Positions 9,321 through 18,587 of a stretch of DNA of 26,792 nt are shown in pieces (positions within the stretch are counted from its first letter, which is position 1; every line of letters starts with the position of its first letter). Made by a program: the position numbers and the translations under genes. The stretch covers positions 1 through 26,792 of the IMG/VR virus record IMGVR_UViG_3300020042_006106; one strand, written 5' to 3'. The DNA is from a virus. Its lineage: Duplodnaviria > Caudoviricetes. The notes under the pieces were generated by a model. The model saw nothing but the letters and a program-made list of their open reading frames with translations, searched no databases and was not told where the DNA came from.

Positions 9321-11122
9321 TGGCTACCTTAGTTGAATTTCGTGCTCAAAACCCCGAATACAACGATATGCCTGATGCGGCGTTGGCAGATGCCTTGCAT
9401 AGCAAATACTATGCGGACATTCCAAGAGGTAAATTCTTTGAGCAGATGGGCGTAAGCAGCGCACAGATACCTGGCGCAGAACGCAGCACAACCTTGCCGC
9501 CTACTCCTATTTCTATGCAAGACCGCGTTATGGGGTTGGTTGAAACGCCAGCGATCATGGCTGGTGAAGTTGGGCGCATGGTAGCTACACCTGTCGCTAG
9601 AATGTTTGGCGAGGCGTATGGCGGTTATGGAACGCCACAAGGCAAAGAGATGGGGCAAAAAGCCGCCCAAGTAACTAGCCAACAATTTTATCAACCACGC
9701 ACAGAAACAGGGCCTGATATTGTCAATCAATTGGGCAAGGCTTTAAGCGCTTTACCGCCAACCTATGGGGCATTGGGCAACAAATTATCAGTTTTAACGC
9801 CTGCCGCTGTAAGTCAAGCTAAAGCAATTGTTACCCCTGCGGCAATTAGCACACAGCAACGATTAGCGCAGGCTTTAGGGTCAAATGAGCCGCAGATGGT
9901 GGGTATGGGTGCGGCAACCACAAACCCCGCCTTGTTGCGCCAAGAACGAGCTTTGAGGCAAGATATTCCTTTGCTTAAAGGCGAACAATTACAAGACTTT
10001 GCGCTTTTAAAACGTGAATCTGATCTTCCTAAAGAAAATCCTGTATTGGCAAAAGGTTTAACAGAGTTTAAGCAAACCCAAAAAGAAAAGATTTTAAAAC
10101 GATTTCAGCAAATGGCTGATGAAACAGGCGCAGAGTATGCCGCCCCTGAGGAATACCGCAAAGTTGGTTCATTGGTTGATGATGCTTTGGTTAAAGAGTT
10201 TGATGCCAAAAAACTTAAAGTAGATAAGGCTTATGAAGCAGCTAGGAATTCCGGCGAGACTAAACAAGTGGTTGACACCACTAAACTTGATGAATGGTTA
10301 GAAGCAAATGCAGGCAAATCTATTTCAGTTCCCGAAATTAAATCAATAAAAGCAGATTTGGATACGTTGAAAAAAGCAACAAATGGGCAAATAACTATTG
10401 ATGATTTAGAAGAATTGTATAAATCAGCGGGTCAGTTAGGCAAACCTGGCGATCCATCAGGTTTGTTTATGAAGCAAGTCAAAGGCGTTATTAACGATAT
10501 GACCGAGGGCGCTGGCGGGGATTTGTACCGCAAAGCTAGGGCGCAACGTGCAGAACTTGGTAACCAGTTTGAAAACACCTACCGCGTGGCTAAGTTGCTT
10601 GGCACAAGAGGTGGCTATGCAGACCGTGCAATTGCCTTAGATGATGTGTTTTCTCATGTGGTGCTAAGTGGCAGCTTAGAGGAAATGCGGACGGTTACCA
10701 AGCTATTGAAAAAAGGTGGGCCACAAGGTCAACAAGCATATGCCGAATTACAAGGCCAAACAATTCAATATTTAAAAGATCGTTTGACAAAAAATGCAAA
10801 GGATGAACTTTCATTTGCCAAGCTAAAAACGGCAATTGACACGCTGGATCGGGAAGATAAATTGGTTTATATGTTTGGCAAGCAAGGGCGCGATACATTG
10901 ATGGATGTAAGAAATGTCATACAAGATGCCTTGGTTAAGCCTGAAGGTTCGGTTAACTATTCCAATACTGGTAGCGTTATTGCAAGATATTTTGATGGAT
11001 TAGCAAAATCTATATCACCAAATTTTGCAAAAGATTTTATGAAAAACAGGGCAGTTAAAAAACAAGTGGAAGAATCTACAAAATACGATGCACTAGCAGA
11101 TGCTTTGAAAGGTAAGAAATGA
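9320..11122 (+). CDS. Internal virion / DNA transfer protein
   Basis: TAATG-coupled 600 aa helical protein; last of three before the fibres. Confidence 0.6.
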   Translation: MATLVEFRAQNPEYNDMPDAALADALHSKYYADIPRGKFFEQMGVSSAQIPGAERSTTLPPTPISMQDRVMGLVETPAIMAGEVGRMVATPVARMFGEAYGGYGTPQGKEMGQKAAQVTSQQFYQPRTETGPDIVNQLGKALSALPPTYGALGNKLSVLTPAAVSQAKAIVTPAAISTQQRLAQALGSNEPQMVGMGAATTNPALLRQERALRQDIPLLKGEQLQDFALLKRESDLPKENPVLAKGLTEFKQTQKEKILKRFQQMADETGAEYAAPEEYRKVGSLVDDALVKEFDAKKLKVDKAYEAARNSGETKQVVDTTKLDEWLEANAGKSISVPEIKSIKADLDTLKKATNGQITIDDLEELYKSAGQLGKPGDPSGLFMKQVKGVINDMTEGAGGDLYRKARAQRAELGNQFENTYRVAKLLGTRGGYADRAIALDDVFSHVVLSGSLEEMRTVTKLLKKGGPQGQQAYAELQGQTIQYLKDRLTKNAKDELSFAKLKTAIDTLDREDKLVYMFGKQGRDTLMDVRNVIQDALVKPEGSVNYSNTGSVIARYFDGLAKSISPNFAKDFMKNRAVKKQVEESTKYDALADALKGKK

Positions 11123-11736
11123 GTTACAACGGTTCAGGCACATTCCAAATAAACACTACTGGTCAGCCTGTAGTCGCAGGCACGGTCATCTCCTCAACCG
11201 CCTTTAACGCCCTTACAGCGGACTTGGCAACAGGTCTGTCTACAGCTATCACCAAAGACGGTCAGACCACCGCTACGGCTCGCATACCGTTTGCACAAGG
11301 TATCACCTCAACTTTAACCACAGATTCCTCTAGCGTGTCTACAGGGTCAATCATTACTGCGGGTGGTGTGGGTGTAGCTAAAGCGGTTTATGTGGGTACA
11401 ACTTTAAATGTTGCTGGTAATGCAAGTTTTACAAGTACAGGCGCTGTTTTAATATCAAAAGGGACAACCGCACAGCAGCCAGCGGGTGTAGCGGGTTCGT
11501 TAAGGTTTAATACTGATACAAACACGTTTGAGGGGTACAACGGCACAGCATGGTCGGCGGTTGGTGGTGGCGCTACTGGTGGCGGTAATGATCAAATATT
11601 TGTGCAGAATCAGCAGACCGTGACCACAAACTACACCATCACCACAAATTACAACGCTATGAGTACAGGGCCAATCACCATTAACTCAAGCATCACAGTC
11701 ACAGTTCCCAGCGGTAGCAACTGGGTTGTTCTCTAA
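11119..11736 (+). CDS. Proximal tail fibre / fibre anchor
   Basis: T/G/S-rich; LRFNTDTNTFEGYNGTAW fibre motif; C-terminal GPITINSSITVTVPSGSNWVVL. Confidence 0.75.
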   Translation: MSYNGSGTFQINTTGQPVVAGTVISSTAFNALTADLATGLSTAITKDGQTTATARIPFAQGITSTLTTDSSSVSTGSIITAGGVGVAKAVYVGTTLNVAGNASFTSTGAVLISKGTTAQQPAGVAGSLRFNTDTNTFEGYNGTAWSAVGGGATGGGNDQIFVQNQQTVTTNYTITTNYNAMSTGPITINSSITVTVPSGSNWVVL

Positions 11737-11745
11737 GGATAAATC

Positions 11746-12246
11746 ATGGCAACAACAATTAGCGGTACATCAGGCGTTACGTTTCCGGCGGGTGGCGTAG
11801 GTAATCCTGCGGGGGCTGTTGTTGGAACAACTGATACCCAAACGCTGACAAATAAAACGCTGACAACACCGACACTCACAACACCAAACATTGACTCAGC
11901 GCAATTTGCTACTGTTTCAGGTACAGCCCCAATTTATCCTTGTCGTGCTTGGGTAAACTTTAACGGCACAGGTACTGTAGCGATTCGTGGAAGTGGTAAT
12001 GTGACAAGCATTACCGATAACGGCACAGGAGATTACACAATCAACTTTACAACAGCTATGACTGATGCAAATTATTCGACAGTCGGTACTACTGGAAGTC
12101 CCGCAGCGGCTCATGGTATTTTTATGTTTTTTACAGGTACTGGAACTGCTACAACTGCAGGCAGTGTAAGAATTGCCACTGTCACTGCAAACGGTGCTAC
12201 GACACAGTTTGACTTTGTAAATGTATGTCTTGCGGTATTTAGATAA
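11746..12246 (+). CDS. Tail fibre protein
   Basis: TDTQTLTNKTLTTP shaft repeat; RAWVNFNG..NVTSITDNGTGDYTINF tip. Confidence 0.75.
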   Translation: MATTISGTSGVTFPAGGVGNPAGAVVGTTDTQTLTNKTLTTPTLTTPNIDSAQFATVSGTAPIYPCRAWVNFNGTGTVAIRGSGNVTSITDNGTGDYTINFTTAMTDANYSTVGTTGSPAAAHGIFMFFTGTGTATTAGSVRIATVTANGATTQFDFVNVCLAVFR

Positions 12247-12257
12247 AGGAGAAAACC

Positions 12258-12446
12258 ATGAACTCAAGAATTATTTACCCAACAGACGATGGTGTAGCAG
12301 TCATCGTTCCAGCCGTTGAATGCGGTTTAACCATTGAGGAAATTGCCGCCAAGGATGTTCCTACTGGTAAGCCATACAAGATTGTGGATGTTGCTGACAT
12401 TCCAACAGACCGCACATTCCGCAACGCATGGGAGTACCAAGCATGA
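12258..12446 (+). CDS. Small fibre-associated protein (chaperone-like)
   Basis: AAGGAG RBS; KDVPTGKPYKIVD..DRTFRNAW. Confidence 0.7.
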   Translation: MNSRIIYPTDDGVAVIVPAVECGLTIEEIAAKDVPTGKPYKIVDVADIPTDRTFRNAWEYQA

Positions 12447-12664
12447 TTACCATAAACATTAACAAAGCAAAGAACATAGCCCATGATGCTAGACGTTTGG
12501 CTCGGTCTGCCGAGTTTGCGCCATTGGACATTAAGACAACAATTCCATCTGAAGCAACAGCGGCAGAAGCGGCAAGGGCAGTAATCAGAACAAAATACGC
12601 CACCATGCAAACAGCTATTGATTCAGCAACAACAACTGAACAGATTAAGGCGGTGATGCCATGA
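12443..12664 (+). CDS. Small fibre assembly-like protein
   Basis: ATGA overlap with the previous stop; GGAG RBS; helical. Confidence 0.65.
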   Translation: MITININKAKNIAHDARRLARSAEFAPLDIKTTIPSEATAAEAARAVIRTKYATMQTAIDSATTTEQIKAVMP

Positions 12665-13200
12665 GTTTAGTAAAAGTTTCAGGCAATGCAAGCGGCACAG
12701 GTACGCTGACTATTGCCGCACCAAATACAAACAGCGACTTCACGCTGACGTTGCCCGAAAACACAGGGACTTTAATAAGTACAGCTTCTACTTTTAGTGG
12801 CACTGGCCCTGCGTTTAGTGCTTACCCAAGCGCAACAACAAGTTTGGTTTCTACTGTAGCTACAAAAATAACCTATGGCACTGAGGAATGGGATACAAAT
12901 TCAAATTTTGCATCAAGTAGATTTACACCAACTGTTGCAGGATATTACCAAGTAAATGCTGCTACTAGTGTAGCCTCTACAACGGCACTAATATATATTT
13001 GGGTTTACAAAAACGGCTCTGCATATAAAAATGGTAACTTGGTTGCCGCTTCCTTTTGGGTAGTTGTTTCTTGTCAGGTGTATCTAAATGGTTCTACAGA
13101 TTACATTGAAATTTATGTTCAGCAAAACTCAGCAACTCAAAATAATGAAACAACATCACAAAGCAATTATTTCCAAGCAGCAATGATAAGGAGTGCATGA
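12661..13200 (+). CDS. Tail fibre protein with C1q/TNF-like tip
   Basis: PAFSAY..EEWDTNSNF..RFTPTVAGYYQV..YLNGSTDYIEIY. Confidence 0.75.
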   Translation: MSLVKVSGNASGTGTLTIAAPNTNSDFTLTLPENTGTLISTASTFSGTGPAFSAYPSATTSLVSTVATKITYGTEEWDTNSNFASSRFTPTVAGYYQVNAATSVASTTALIYIWVYKNGSAYKNGNLVAASFWVVVSCQVYLNGSTDYIEIYVQQNSATQNNETTSQSNYFQAAMIRSA

Positions 13201-13361
13201 TGAACCTTTACGAAAAAATAATGGCGCTGTACCCTACATTGACTGAACGTGACTTTATGACCACCATCCAATTGCAAGATGACTCTGACGGCAAAGGTGC
13301 ATACATAGCCAAGTGGGAACACCCAACATTGGCTAGACCTACAGAGGAGCAATTAGCATGA
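13197..13361 (+). CDS. XkdW-like small fibre chaperone, 54 aa, not in the ORF track
   Basis: [54 protein letters not shown]; AAGGAG RBS; ATGA overlaps at both ends. Confidence 0.75.
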   Translation: MMNLYEKIMALYPTLTERDFMTTIQLQDDSDGKGAYIAKWEHPTLARPTEEQLA

Positions 13362-14308
13362 CCATAACAATCTCAGGAACAACGGGTATATCCCTTGCAA
13401 ATCAATTTGATTCTGCTTCTTCTTTTGGATTCAAAAACCGCATCATAAATGGTCAGATGCAAATTGCACAAAGAGCAACGTCTGCAACCATTACTGCGGG
13501 TTCAACCATTGCTCTTGGTTATTCAACTGTAGACCGATTTTATGTGTACTGCACAGGTGCAAACGTAACTGCGGCACAGGTGGCTGGAGCTAGTGCAACA
13601 AAGAACAGATTGCAAATTACTGGTGCGGCATCTGCTACTGCTGTTGGTATTGGTCAGCGTATTGAACAACTTAACAGTTACGACCTTGCTGGTTCTACCG
13701 CAACATTGTCAGCAGACTTGGCTATATCTGCGACATTGACTACAGTTACATGGACAGCAAGTTATGCAACGACAACAGCAGACACGTTTGGCACATTGGC
13801 AAGCCCAACTGTTACCCAAATTGCAACAGGCACATTTACAGTCACTTCAACTGTTACCAACTTCTCTACAAATATAAGCATTCCTGCGGCGGCTACAACA
13901 GGCATACAGATTGTGTTTACTGTTGGCGCATTGACGGCGGGGTTGACATGGACAGTTGGTAATGTACAGCTAGAAAAAGGCTCAACAGCAACTAGTTTTG
14001 ATTACAGACCTATTGGGACTGAGCTTCAACTTTGCCAAAGATATTATGAAGCAAGTTCTGTTTATTGGATATTTTCTGCAAATGTTACTTCGGGTAGCGG
14101 ATATTATGTTATGGGAGTTTTTAAAGTAACAAAAAGAGCTGGCGCAACAGTTACCACAGTAAACGTAGGAAATTCTAATTTTCCAACAACCGCACCATCT
14201 ATAAATTCAGGCGGCACTTTGCTTGATGGCTTTGAAGCAAACTTATCCGCAAATGGAACTGGGTCTGGATATTTTCAATACACATGGACTGCATCTGCGG
14301 AGTTATAA
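13358..14308 (+). CDS. Tail fibre / receptor-binding protein with carbohydrate-binding-like domain
   Basis: [43 protein letters not shown]. Confidence 0.8.
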   Translation: MTITISGTTGISLANQFDSASSFGFKNRIINGQMQIAQRATSATITAGSTIALGYSTVDRFYVYCTGANVTAAQVAGASATKNRLQITGAASATAVGIGQRIEQLNSYDLAGSTATLSADLAISATLTTVTWTASYATTTADTFGTLASPTVTQIATGTFTVTSTVTNFSTNISIPAAATTGIQIVFTVGALTAGLTWTVGNVQLEKGSTATSFDYRPIGTELQLCQRYYEASSVYWIFSANVTSGSGYYVMGVFKVTKRAGATVTTVNVGNSNFPTTAPSINSGGTLLDGFEANLSANGTGSGYFQYTWTASAEL

Positions 14309-14310
14309 AA

Positions 14311-14478
14311 ATGTACAAGTTAATAAAAAACAAAATAACAAACCAAACAAATCTTGTTTTGCGTTTAGCAGACAACGCTTACATCCCATTTGACCTTGAC
14401 AACACCGACTACCAAGCCTACCTAGCATGGCTTGCAGAGGGCAATACACCATTGCCAGCGGATGAGGTAACACAATGA
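14311..14478 (+). CDS. Small tail fibre assembly chaperone
   Basis: [27 protein letters not shown]; GGAG RBS before ATG 14311. Confidence 0.75.
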   Translation: MYKLIKNKITNQTNLVLRLADNAYIPFDLDNTDYQAYLAWLAEGNTPLPADEVTQ

Positions 14479-14633
14479 CACCAATAGAAGCTCGGGTAGA
14501 TACGCACGAGGCGGTGTGTGAGCTACGCTACGACAGCATCAATGCACGTTTAAAGCGCATTGAGCAAATATTGATAGGGTCATGCGCCGCGATAATTGGA
14601 ATGCTGTTGACGCTTGTTTTAAAGGTGCTGTAA
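14475..14633 (+). CDS. Small membrane protein (XhlA/holin-like), 52 aa, not in the ORF track
   Basis: [52 protein letters not shown]; GAGGT RBS; coiled coil plus C-terminal TM. Confidence 0.75.
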   Translation: MTPIEARVDTHEAVCELRYDSINARLKRIEQILIGSCAAIIGMLLTLVLKVL

Positions 14634-15173
14634 ATTGATCCTTTTACCGCAGCCCTTGCAGCCATTGGTGCAATCAAGCAGGCCGTATCTTTTTACAAAG
14701 ACCTTAAAGCAACTTCCAAAGATGTCACCAACATCACAATGGAGATTTCGGGTTACATCGGTAAATTTTTTGATGCCCATGAACAAGTCAAAGCCGTCTC
14801 CGCTGAACAAAAGAAAAACCCGCCAAAGGGTAAGTCACTAAAAGCCCAAGCGCTGGACAACATCTTTAAAGAGATGGAGCTGGAGCGCCAAGCAGTCGAA
14901 TTGAGGGAATTGTTAATCTACGGCGTTGACCCTGCTTTGGGTGCGGTTTGGTCAAGGTTTCAGGATGAGTTTGAAAGGTTGCAGGAACAAGCTGAAAAAG
15001 AAAGGCTAGAGCAGGAAGCAAAAGATAGGGTCGCACAATGGCAACGGCGAAAAATGCTAAACCAACTGCAAGACCGAGCGCTAATAATCGGGGCAGTAAT
15101 GATAGTTACTATATACCTCCACCTCCTGTTTCTAGCAATACGCCAAATGAGAATAGTGAAATGGGGTTCTTGA
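14634..15173 (+). CDS. Coiled-coil membrane protein in the lysis region; probable ATT start (first ATG at 14739)
   Basis: Frame open from 14634 (IDPFTAALAAIGAIKQAV..); AAAGGTG upstream; C-terminal TM. Confidence 0.6.
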   Translation: MDPFTAALAAIGAIKQAVSFYKDLKATSKDVTNITMEISGYIGKFFDAHEQVKAVSAEQKKNPPKGKSLKAQALDNIFKEMELERQAVELRELLIYGVDPALGAVWSRFQDEFERLQEQAEKERLEQEAKDRVAQWQRRKMLNQLQDRALIIGAVMIVTIYLHLLFLAIRQMRIVKWGS

Positions 15174-15346
15174 TAGCTTTTCTTAGTATGGTGGTAGTGT
15201 TTGGGATTCTTTTACCAATCATGGGAGCTATGTATCTTGATATTTTGGAAGCCAAGCAAGAAACCAAACGTCAACAAGAGCAAGTACAGCGTTTAATAAA
15301 CCAAGCAAAGGAAAAAAATGATTCCAATAGTCGCATCCCTCCTTAG
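15038..15346 (+). CDS. Single-TM coiled-coil protein (start 15038 or 15161)
   Basis: MGFLIAFLSMVVVFGILLPIMGAMY TM followed by coiled coil; topology compatible with an i-spanin-like role. Confidence 0.55.
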   Translation: MATAKNAKPTARPSANNRGSNDSYYIPPPPVSSNTPNENSEMGFLIAFLSMVVVFGILLPIMGAMYLDILEAKQETKRQQEQVQRLINQAKEKNDSNSRIPP

Positions 15347-15827
15347 CAGCCTTGCCCAAAACGGTCTTGGCCTGCTTAGTAGCGCAATCCAAGCCAAGGG
15401 TAAGGAAGTGGTTGAAAACACCCTTGGTGTAAAAATATCTGACAACCCAACGCCTGAAGATGTATCCAAGCTACGCCAGCTTCAGTTTGAACATGAAGAG
15501 CGTCTGTTGCAACTTGGCATTGAAAAAGCCAAAATGGAATTGGCTGAATTGCAATTATTTGCTGATGCCGCTAAGAACGAAGATAACAACGTCACAAACC
15601 GCTGGGACGCAGATATGGCATCTGACTCTTGGCTATCCAAGAACATACGCCCCATGAGTCTTATAGCTATATTTTTGGGCTATTTCTTGTTTGCAATGAT
15701 GTCTGCGTTTGGCTATAACGCAAACGAGTCCTATGTGACCCTTTTGGGCAATTGGGGAATGCTAATCATGGGCGCTTACTTTGGTGGGCGCACGGTTGAA
15801 AAACTTGCAGAAATGAAGAAGAAATGA
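15318..15827 (+). CDS. Holin (3TM GTA-holin-like)
   Basis: ADMASDSWLSKNIRP..two TMs..GAYFGGRTVEK. Confidence 0.8.
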   Translation: MIPIVASLLSSLAQNGLGLLSSAIQAKGKEVVENTLGVKISDNPTPEDVSKLRQLQFEHEERLLQLGIEKAKMELAELQLFADAAKNEDNNVTNRWDADMASDSWLSKNIRPMSLIAIFLGYFLFAMMSAFGYNANESYVTLLGNWGMLIMGAYFGGRTVEKLAEMKKK

Positions 15828-16045
15828 AAGCTAAATTAACTTTTTTTGTGACCATGATGGTCAGCTTTACATTGTGCATTGTCATCATGAGCATGGTTTT
15901 TGTGCTTATGGCTGGCCTGTTTGACGAAAAGGTTGACAACGCTGAAATCTTTAAATTGATTAGCCCAGCGTTTCAAACCATTGTGGGCGGCTTTATTGGA
16001 TTGTTGGCTGGCGTGAAACTATCTCATGATGAGGAGGAAAAATGA
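15824..16045 (+). CDS. Two-TM membrane protein
   Basis: Two hydrophobic segments; ATGA-coupled on both sides. Confidence 0.7.
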   Translation: MKAKLTFFVTMMVSFTLCIVIMSMVFVLMAGLFDEKVDNAEIFKLISPAFQTIVGGFIGLLAGVKLSHDEEEK

Positions 16046-16386
16046 GCTTAAGCACCGAACAAGCGGCTTTCCTGTTGGATGCCTGCAAACTGATCCAATA
16101 CGCTACCGACCAAGGTTTTGTGGTGACCGGCGGCGAGTTAGCCAGGACTCCCGAACAACAGGCTTTGCACTTTAAGGCAGGGCGTTCCAAGACCATGAAC
16201 AGCATCCACCTTAAACGCTGCGCCATTGACCTTAACTTTTTTAAGGATGGCAAGATTATTTGGGATAAGGCGACTCTTGCTCCCCTTGGGGCGTATTGGG
16301 AAACTCTTCATCCAAAGAATCGGTGGGGTGGGAATTTCTCCAACTTGGTAGATTGTCCACACTTTGAACGTGTGCCAACAACATAG
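16042..16386 (+). CDS. Endolysin, peptidase M15 family
   Basis: RTPEQQ, SIHLKRCAID (SxHxxxxAxD) and DCPHFE zinc-binding motifs. Confidence 0.88.
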   Translation: MSLSTEQAAFLLDACKLIQYATDQGFVVTGGELARTPEQQALHFKAGRSKTMNSIHLKRCAIDLNFFKDGKIIWDKATLAPLGAYWETLHPKNRWGGNFSNLVDCPHFERVPTT

Positions 16387-16453
16387 CAAAAATTACCAAA
16401 GTCCCGACCCCAATGATTGCGCCAATCACCAATGCCAAGACCGTGGCAATCAA
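16256..16453 (-). CDS. Small single-TM protein, last gene of the leftward operon
   Basis: TTG start overlapping the previous TGA; GAGGTG RBS; IATVLALVIGAIIGVGTLVIFAMLL. Confidence 0.5.
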   Translation of the reverse strand: MIATVLALVIGAIIGVGTLVIFAMLLAHVQSVDNLPSWRNSHPTDSLDEEFPNTPQGEQESPYPK

Positions 16454-16599
16454 TGCACACCTCGCATTTCCCAACCAAGCAAAAAGTAATTCCATCGGGT
16501 TTGTATAGCAGGGCTGTTATACCTACCCTTTGTGCCGCTAAAGTCTGTATGACCTTTGGCTCGCATCATGGCCTCAAAAACCTGCTGTGCTTTATTCAT
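16450..16599 (-). CDS. Hypothetical protein, 49 aa, not in the ORF track
   Basis: MNKAQQVFEAMMRAKGHTDFSGTKGRYNSPAIQTRWNYFLLGWEMRGVH*; GAGG RBS; coupled to both neighbours. Confidence 0.7.
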   Translation of the reverse strand: MNKAQQVFEAMMRAKGHTDFSGTKGRYNSPAIQTRWNYFLLGWEMRGVH

Positions 16600-17224
16600 T
16601 CTTTTCCTCTATGGTGTAAAACCAATCGTCACCCGCCGACCATTTGCGTGTGCCATCCACAGACCATAGATGCTGCGCGGCTTGGAAATCAGGAAACTTG
16701 GTTTCGCTTGGTATAAGGCTTTGGTCATACCACAAACATCGGTTATTGGGTTGGCAAGCAAACTGACCTGACTCAAGTTTAATGAAATTAAAGCTCTTGT
16801 GCTCCTCAGCGGTCTCTGTAAAACCGGTGTCTAAATCCATGCCATCAGCGCAAAAGTCCACGGTAAACAGGTATGTACCAAAATGCCATTGCTTATCCTT
16901 GCCCAAAAACTTAACGCCAAGGTTACGCAAGCCAATCTTTTCAATAATGGTAAACCTGTAACCCATGCAGTCCCACAATTGCAAAATGTCAATGGGTAGG
17001 TCACTAGCGCCCTCTTTCCACACATAGGCGTGAATGGGTAGTTTGTCGTACAAAGCGCCGTATTCAGTCAGCAAAGACTCAATCCTGAACACTTGGCCTC
17101 TAAGAGCTTTGAGGCTGACCCACACGCAAGGTACAAGCTCGCCATGCCTTTTGGTGTGGTTGTAAAGAAACTCAGCCTTTACAAAGCATTTGATGGGTGG
17201 TAATGATGAAACAAGATAGCTCAA
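16592..17224 (-). CDS. Hypothetical phage protein
   Basis: Long ORF; TTG 17224 overlaps the upstream TGA and follows GAGGGAG. Confidence 0.75.
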   Translation of the reverse strand: MSYLVSSLPPIKCFVKAEFLYNHTKRHGELVPCVWVSLKALRGQVFRIESLLTEYGALYDKLPIHAYVWKEGASDLPIDILQLWDCMGYRFTIIEKIGLRNLGVKFLGKDKQWHFGTYLFTVDFCADGMDLDTGFTETAEEHKSFNFIKLESGQFACQPNNRCLWYDQSLIPSETKFPDFQAAQHLWSVDGTRKWSAGDDWFYTIEEKNE

Positions 17225-17523
17225 ATTAACTCCCTCTGTACTGGCACAAACTGCCATTCTCTTTCTGACCTGCCTGAGTTGGACTTGGTTGTACGCCCTG
17301 TAAGCTCCACCATTCCATCCTTTTCAAGCTCTTTCATGCGCCTGGCGACCTGATTGCCATCAAGCCCCACCAGCTCGGCAATGCCATCCTTGCCCATTGG
17401 CCCAAAGCGGCGCAAGCACTCTACGATCTTTTCAAAGTGCTGCTTGGCAAGGTCTATGGATTGGTCTGCGGCGGCGTGGCTGGTAAAGGGGTCAAGCCCC
17501 CTAGCTCTAAAAAGGGATGTCAT
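17221..17523 (-). CDS. Winged-HTH DNA-binding protein
   Basis: GKDGIAELVGLDGNQVARRMKELEKDGMV..SGRSEREW. Confidence 0.75.
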   Translation of the reverse strand: MTSLFRARGLDPFTSHAAADQSIDLAKQHFEKIVECLRRFGPMGKDGIAELVGLDGNQVARRMKELEKDGMVELTGRTTKSNSGRSEREWQFVPVQRELI

Positions 17524-17770
17524 CTTCTTGATCTCTTCTTACTTTGTTTGGTCTGTCGGATTTAACAAATTTATTGTCTTCAGGCTCAAAACACGTTGCC
17601 CAACCATTCCAACCGCCATCTACAAATGGAATTGAATCTAATTTGACTGACAATTTTTCTGTATCACCCTCCCAATAAATTGCGCCAATTGTTTTCCATC
17701 TTTTCTTTTCTTCACCTGTGGTGTTAATGTAAGTACCTGTGGCAACGACAATATCTTTAAATTTTTTCAT
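17507..17770 (-). CDS. Small single-stranded DNA-binding-like protein
   Basis: Acidic EDDIPF tail; adjacent to exonuclease and ERF. Confidence 0.65.
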   Translation of the reverse strand: MKKFKDIVVATGTYINTTGEEKKRWKTIGAIYWEGDTEKLSVKLDSIPFVDGGWNGWATCFEPEDNKFVKSDRPNKVRRDQEDDIPF

Positions 17771-18372
17771 GGCAAACTTTCTAGTTGTTGGATTTTTAGG
17801 TCTACATCACCCAAAAACTGGATGACTGAATTCTCAAGCAAATTAACCATTTCGGGGTCATAGTTAATTCTTTTGATGAATAGCTGATGTCTCTCAGGAA
17901 GACGCGGATCGAAACTTACAAAGTCGCACCAAGGGCGGTCGGCACAGCACATTTGCCACATCATTTGCGTTATGTATTTTTCGGGTACTTTGCGGTCTAA
18001 TAAGGTTTGGAGATGGGTCGCAGTATTGGGCGCTTTTATCTCGACCATACCCTCATTAGCCAAACCATCAGGGGATGCGCCCGACAAGGGAATCCAAGGG
18101 TGGTCGATAAACCCCACCTCGGTGACCAACAAATCCATCCGCGCCTCATAAGCAGCTCGGGCAAACGGCTCTGTGTCTGTACCCCATTGCATAGCGGCGT
18201 TGCTGTAGGACTCGGCAGGTTTGCCTGTTAACCTTTCGCAGACCAATTGGGCAAGGTAGTTTTCGCGGCTGGCGCTTGCACCTGTCTTGGTCTTGGCAAT
18301 GATGTCTGCCACACGGCTTGCGGTGACCTTGCCACACCTGGCGGCAAACCATTCCTCTGTGCGTTGTTCCAT
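17767..18372 (-). CDS. YqaJ / lambda exonuclease family
   Basis: QRTEEWFAARCGKVTAS, AMQWG..E, GASPDG, EIKAP, YITQMMWQM. Confidence 0.93.
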   Translation of the reverse strand: MEQRTEEWFAARCGKVTASRVADIIAKTKTGASASRENYLAQLVCERLTGKPAESYSNAAMQWGTDTEPFARAAYEARMDLLVTEVGFIDHPWIPLSGASPDGLANEGMVEIKAPNTATHLQTLLDRKVPEKYITQMMWQMCCADRPWCDFVSFDPRLPERHQLFIKRINYDPEMVNLLENSVIQFLGDVDLKIQQLESLP

Positions 18373-18587
18373 TAGGCTTCCCTCGCTTTTAGCATTGCGT
18401 CTGCCAATTTATAAGCGTTTTCTGCTACTATTTCTCTTTCAGTTTCATGCCAGTAAAAAGTGTCAAGATCTATCTTAAAATTATGTTTAACCATTAGCAT
18501 GACTGTTTGAATTGAGTGTGCCGCAAAATAATCCCGCAAGGTCATGCCTAATTCGTCGGTGCGGTGTGGATTAGGAAATGCTTTCAT
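18372..18587 (-). CDS. Phage protein of the GMTLRDYFAA type
   Basis: KAFP..GMTLRDYFAA..AYKLADAMLKAR. Confidence 0.85.
   Translation of the reverse strand: MKAFPNPHRTDELGMTLRDYFAAHSIQTVMLMVKHNFKIDLDTFYWHETEREIVAENAYKLADAMLKAREA

Noticed and set aside
1272-13352. Numerous minus-strand ORFs within the structural operon (e.g. 4386..4676, 8001..8342, 9329..9730, 11917..12267)
   Set aside because: Antisense shadows of well-supported, tightly coupled plus-strand genes.
11119-14478. Diversity-generating retroelement or invertase-driven fibre switching
   Set aside because: No reverse transcriptase, invertase, TR/VR pair or flanking inverted repeats seen.
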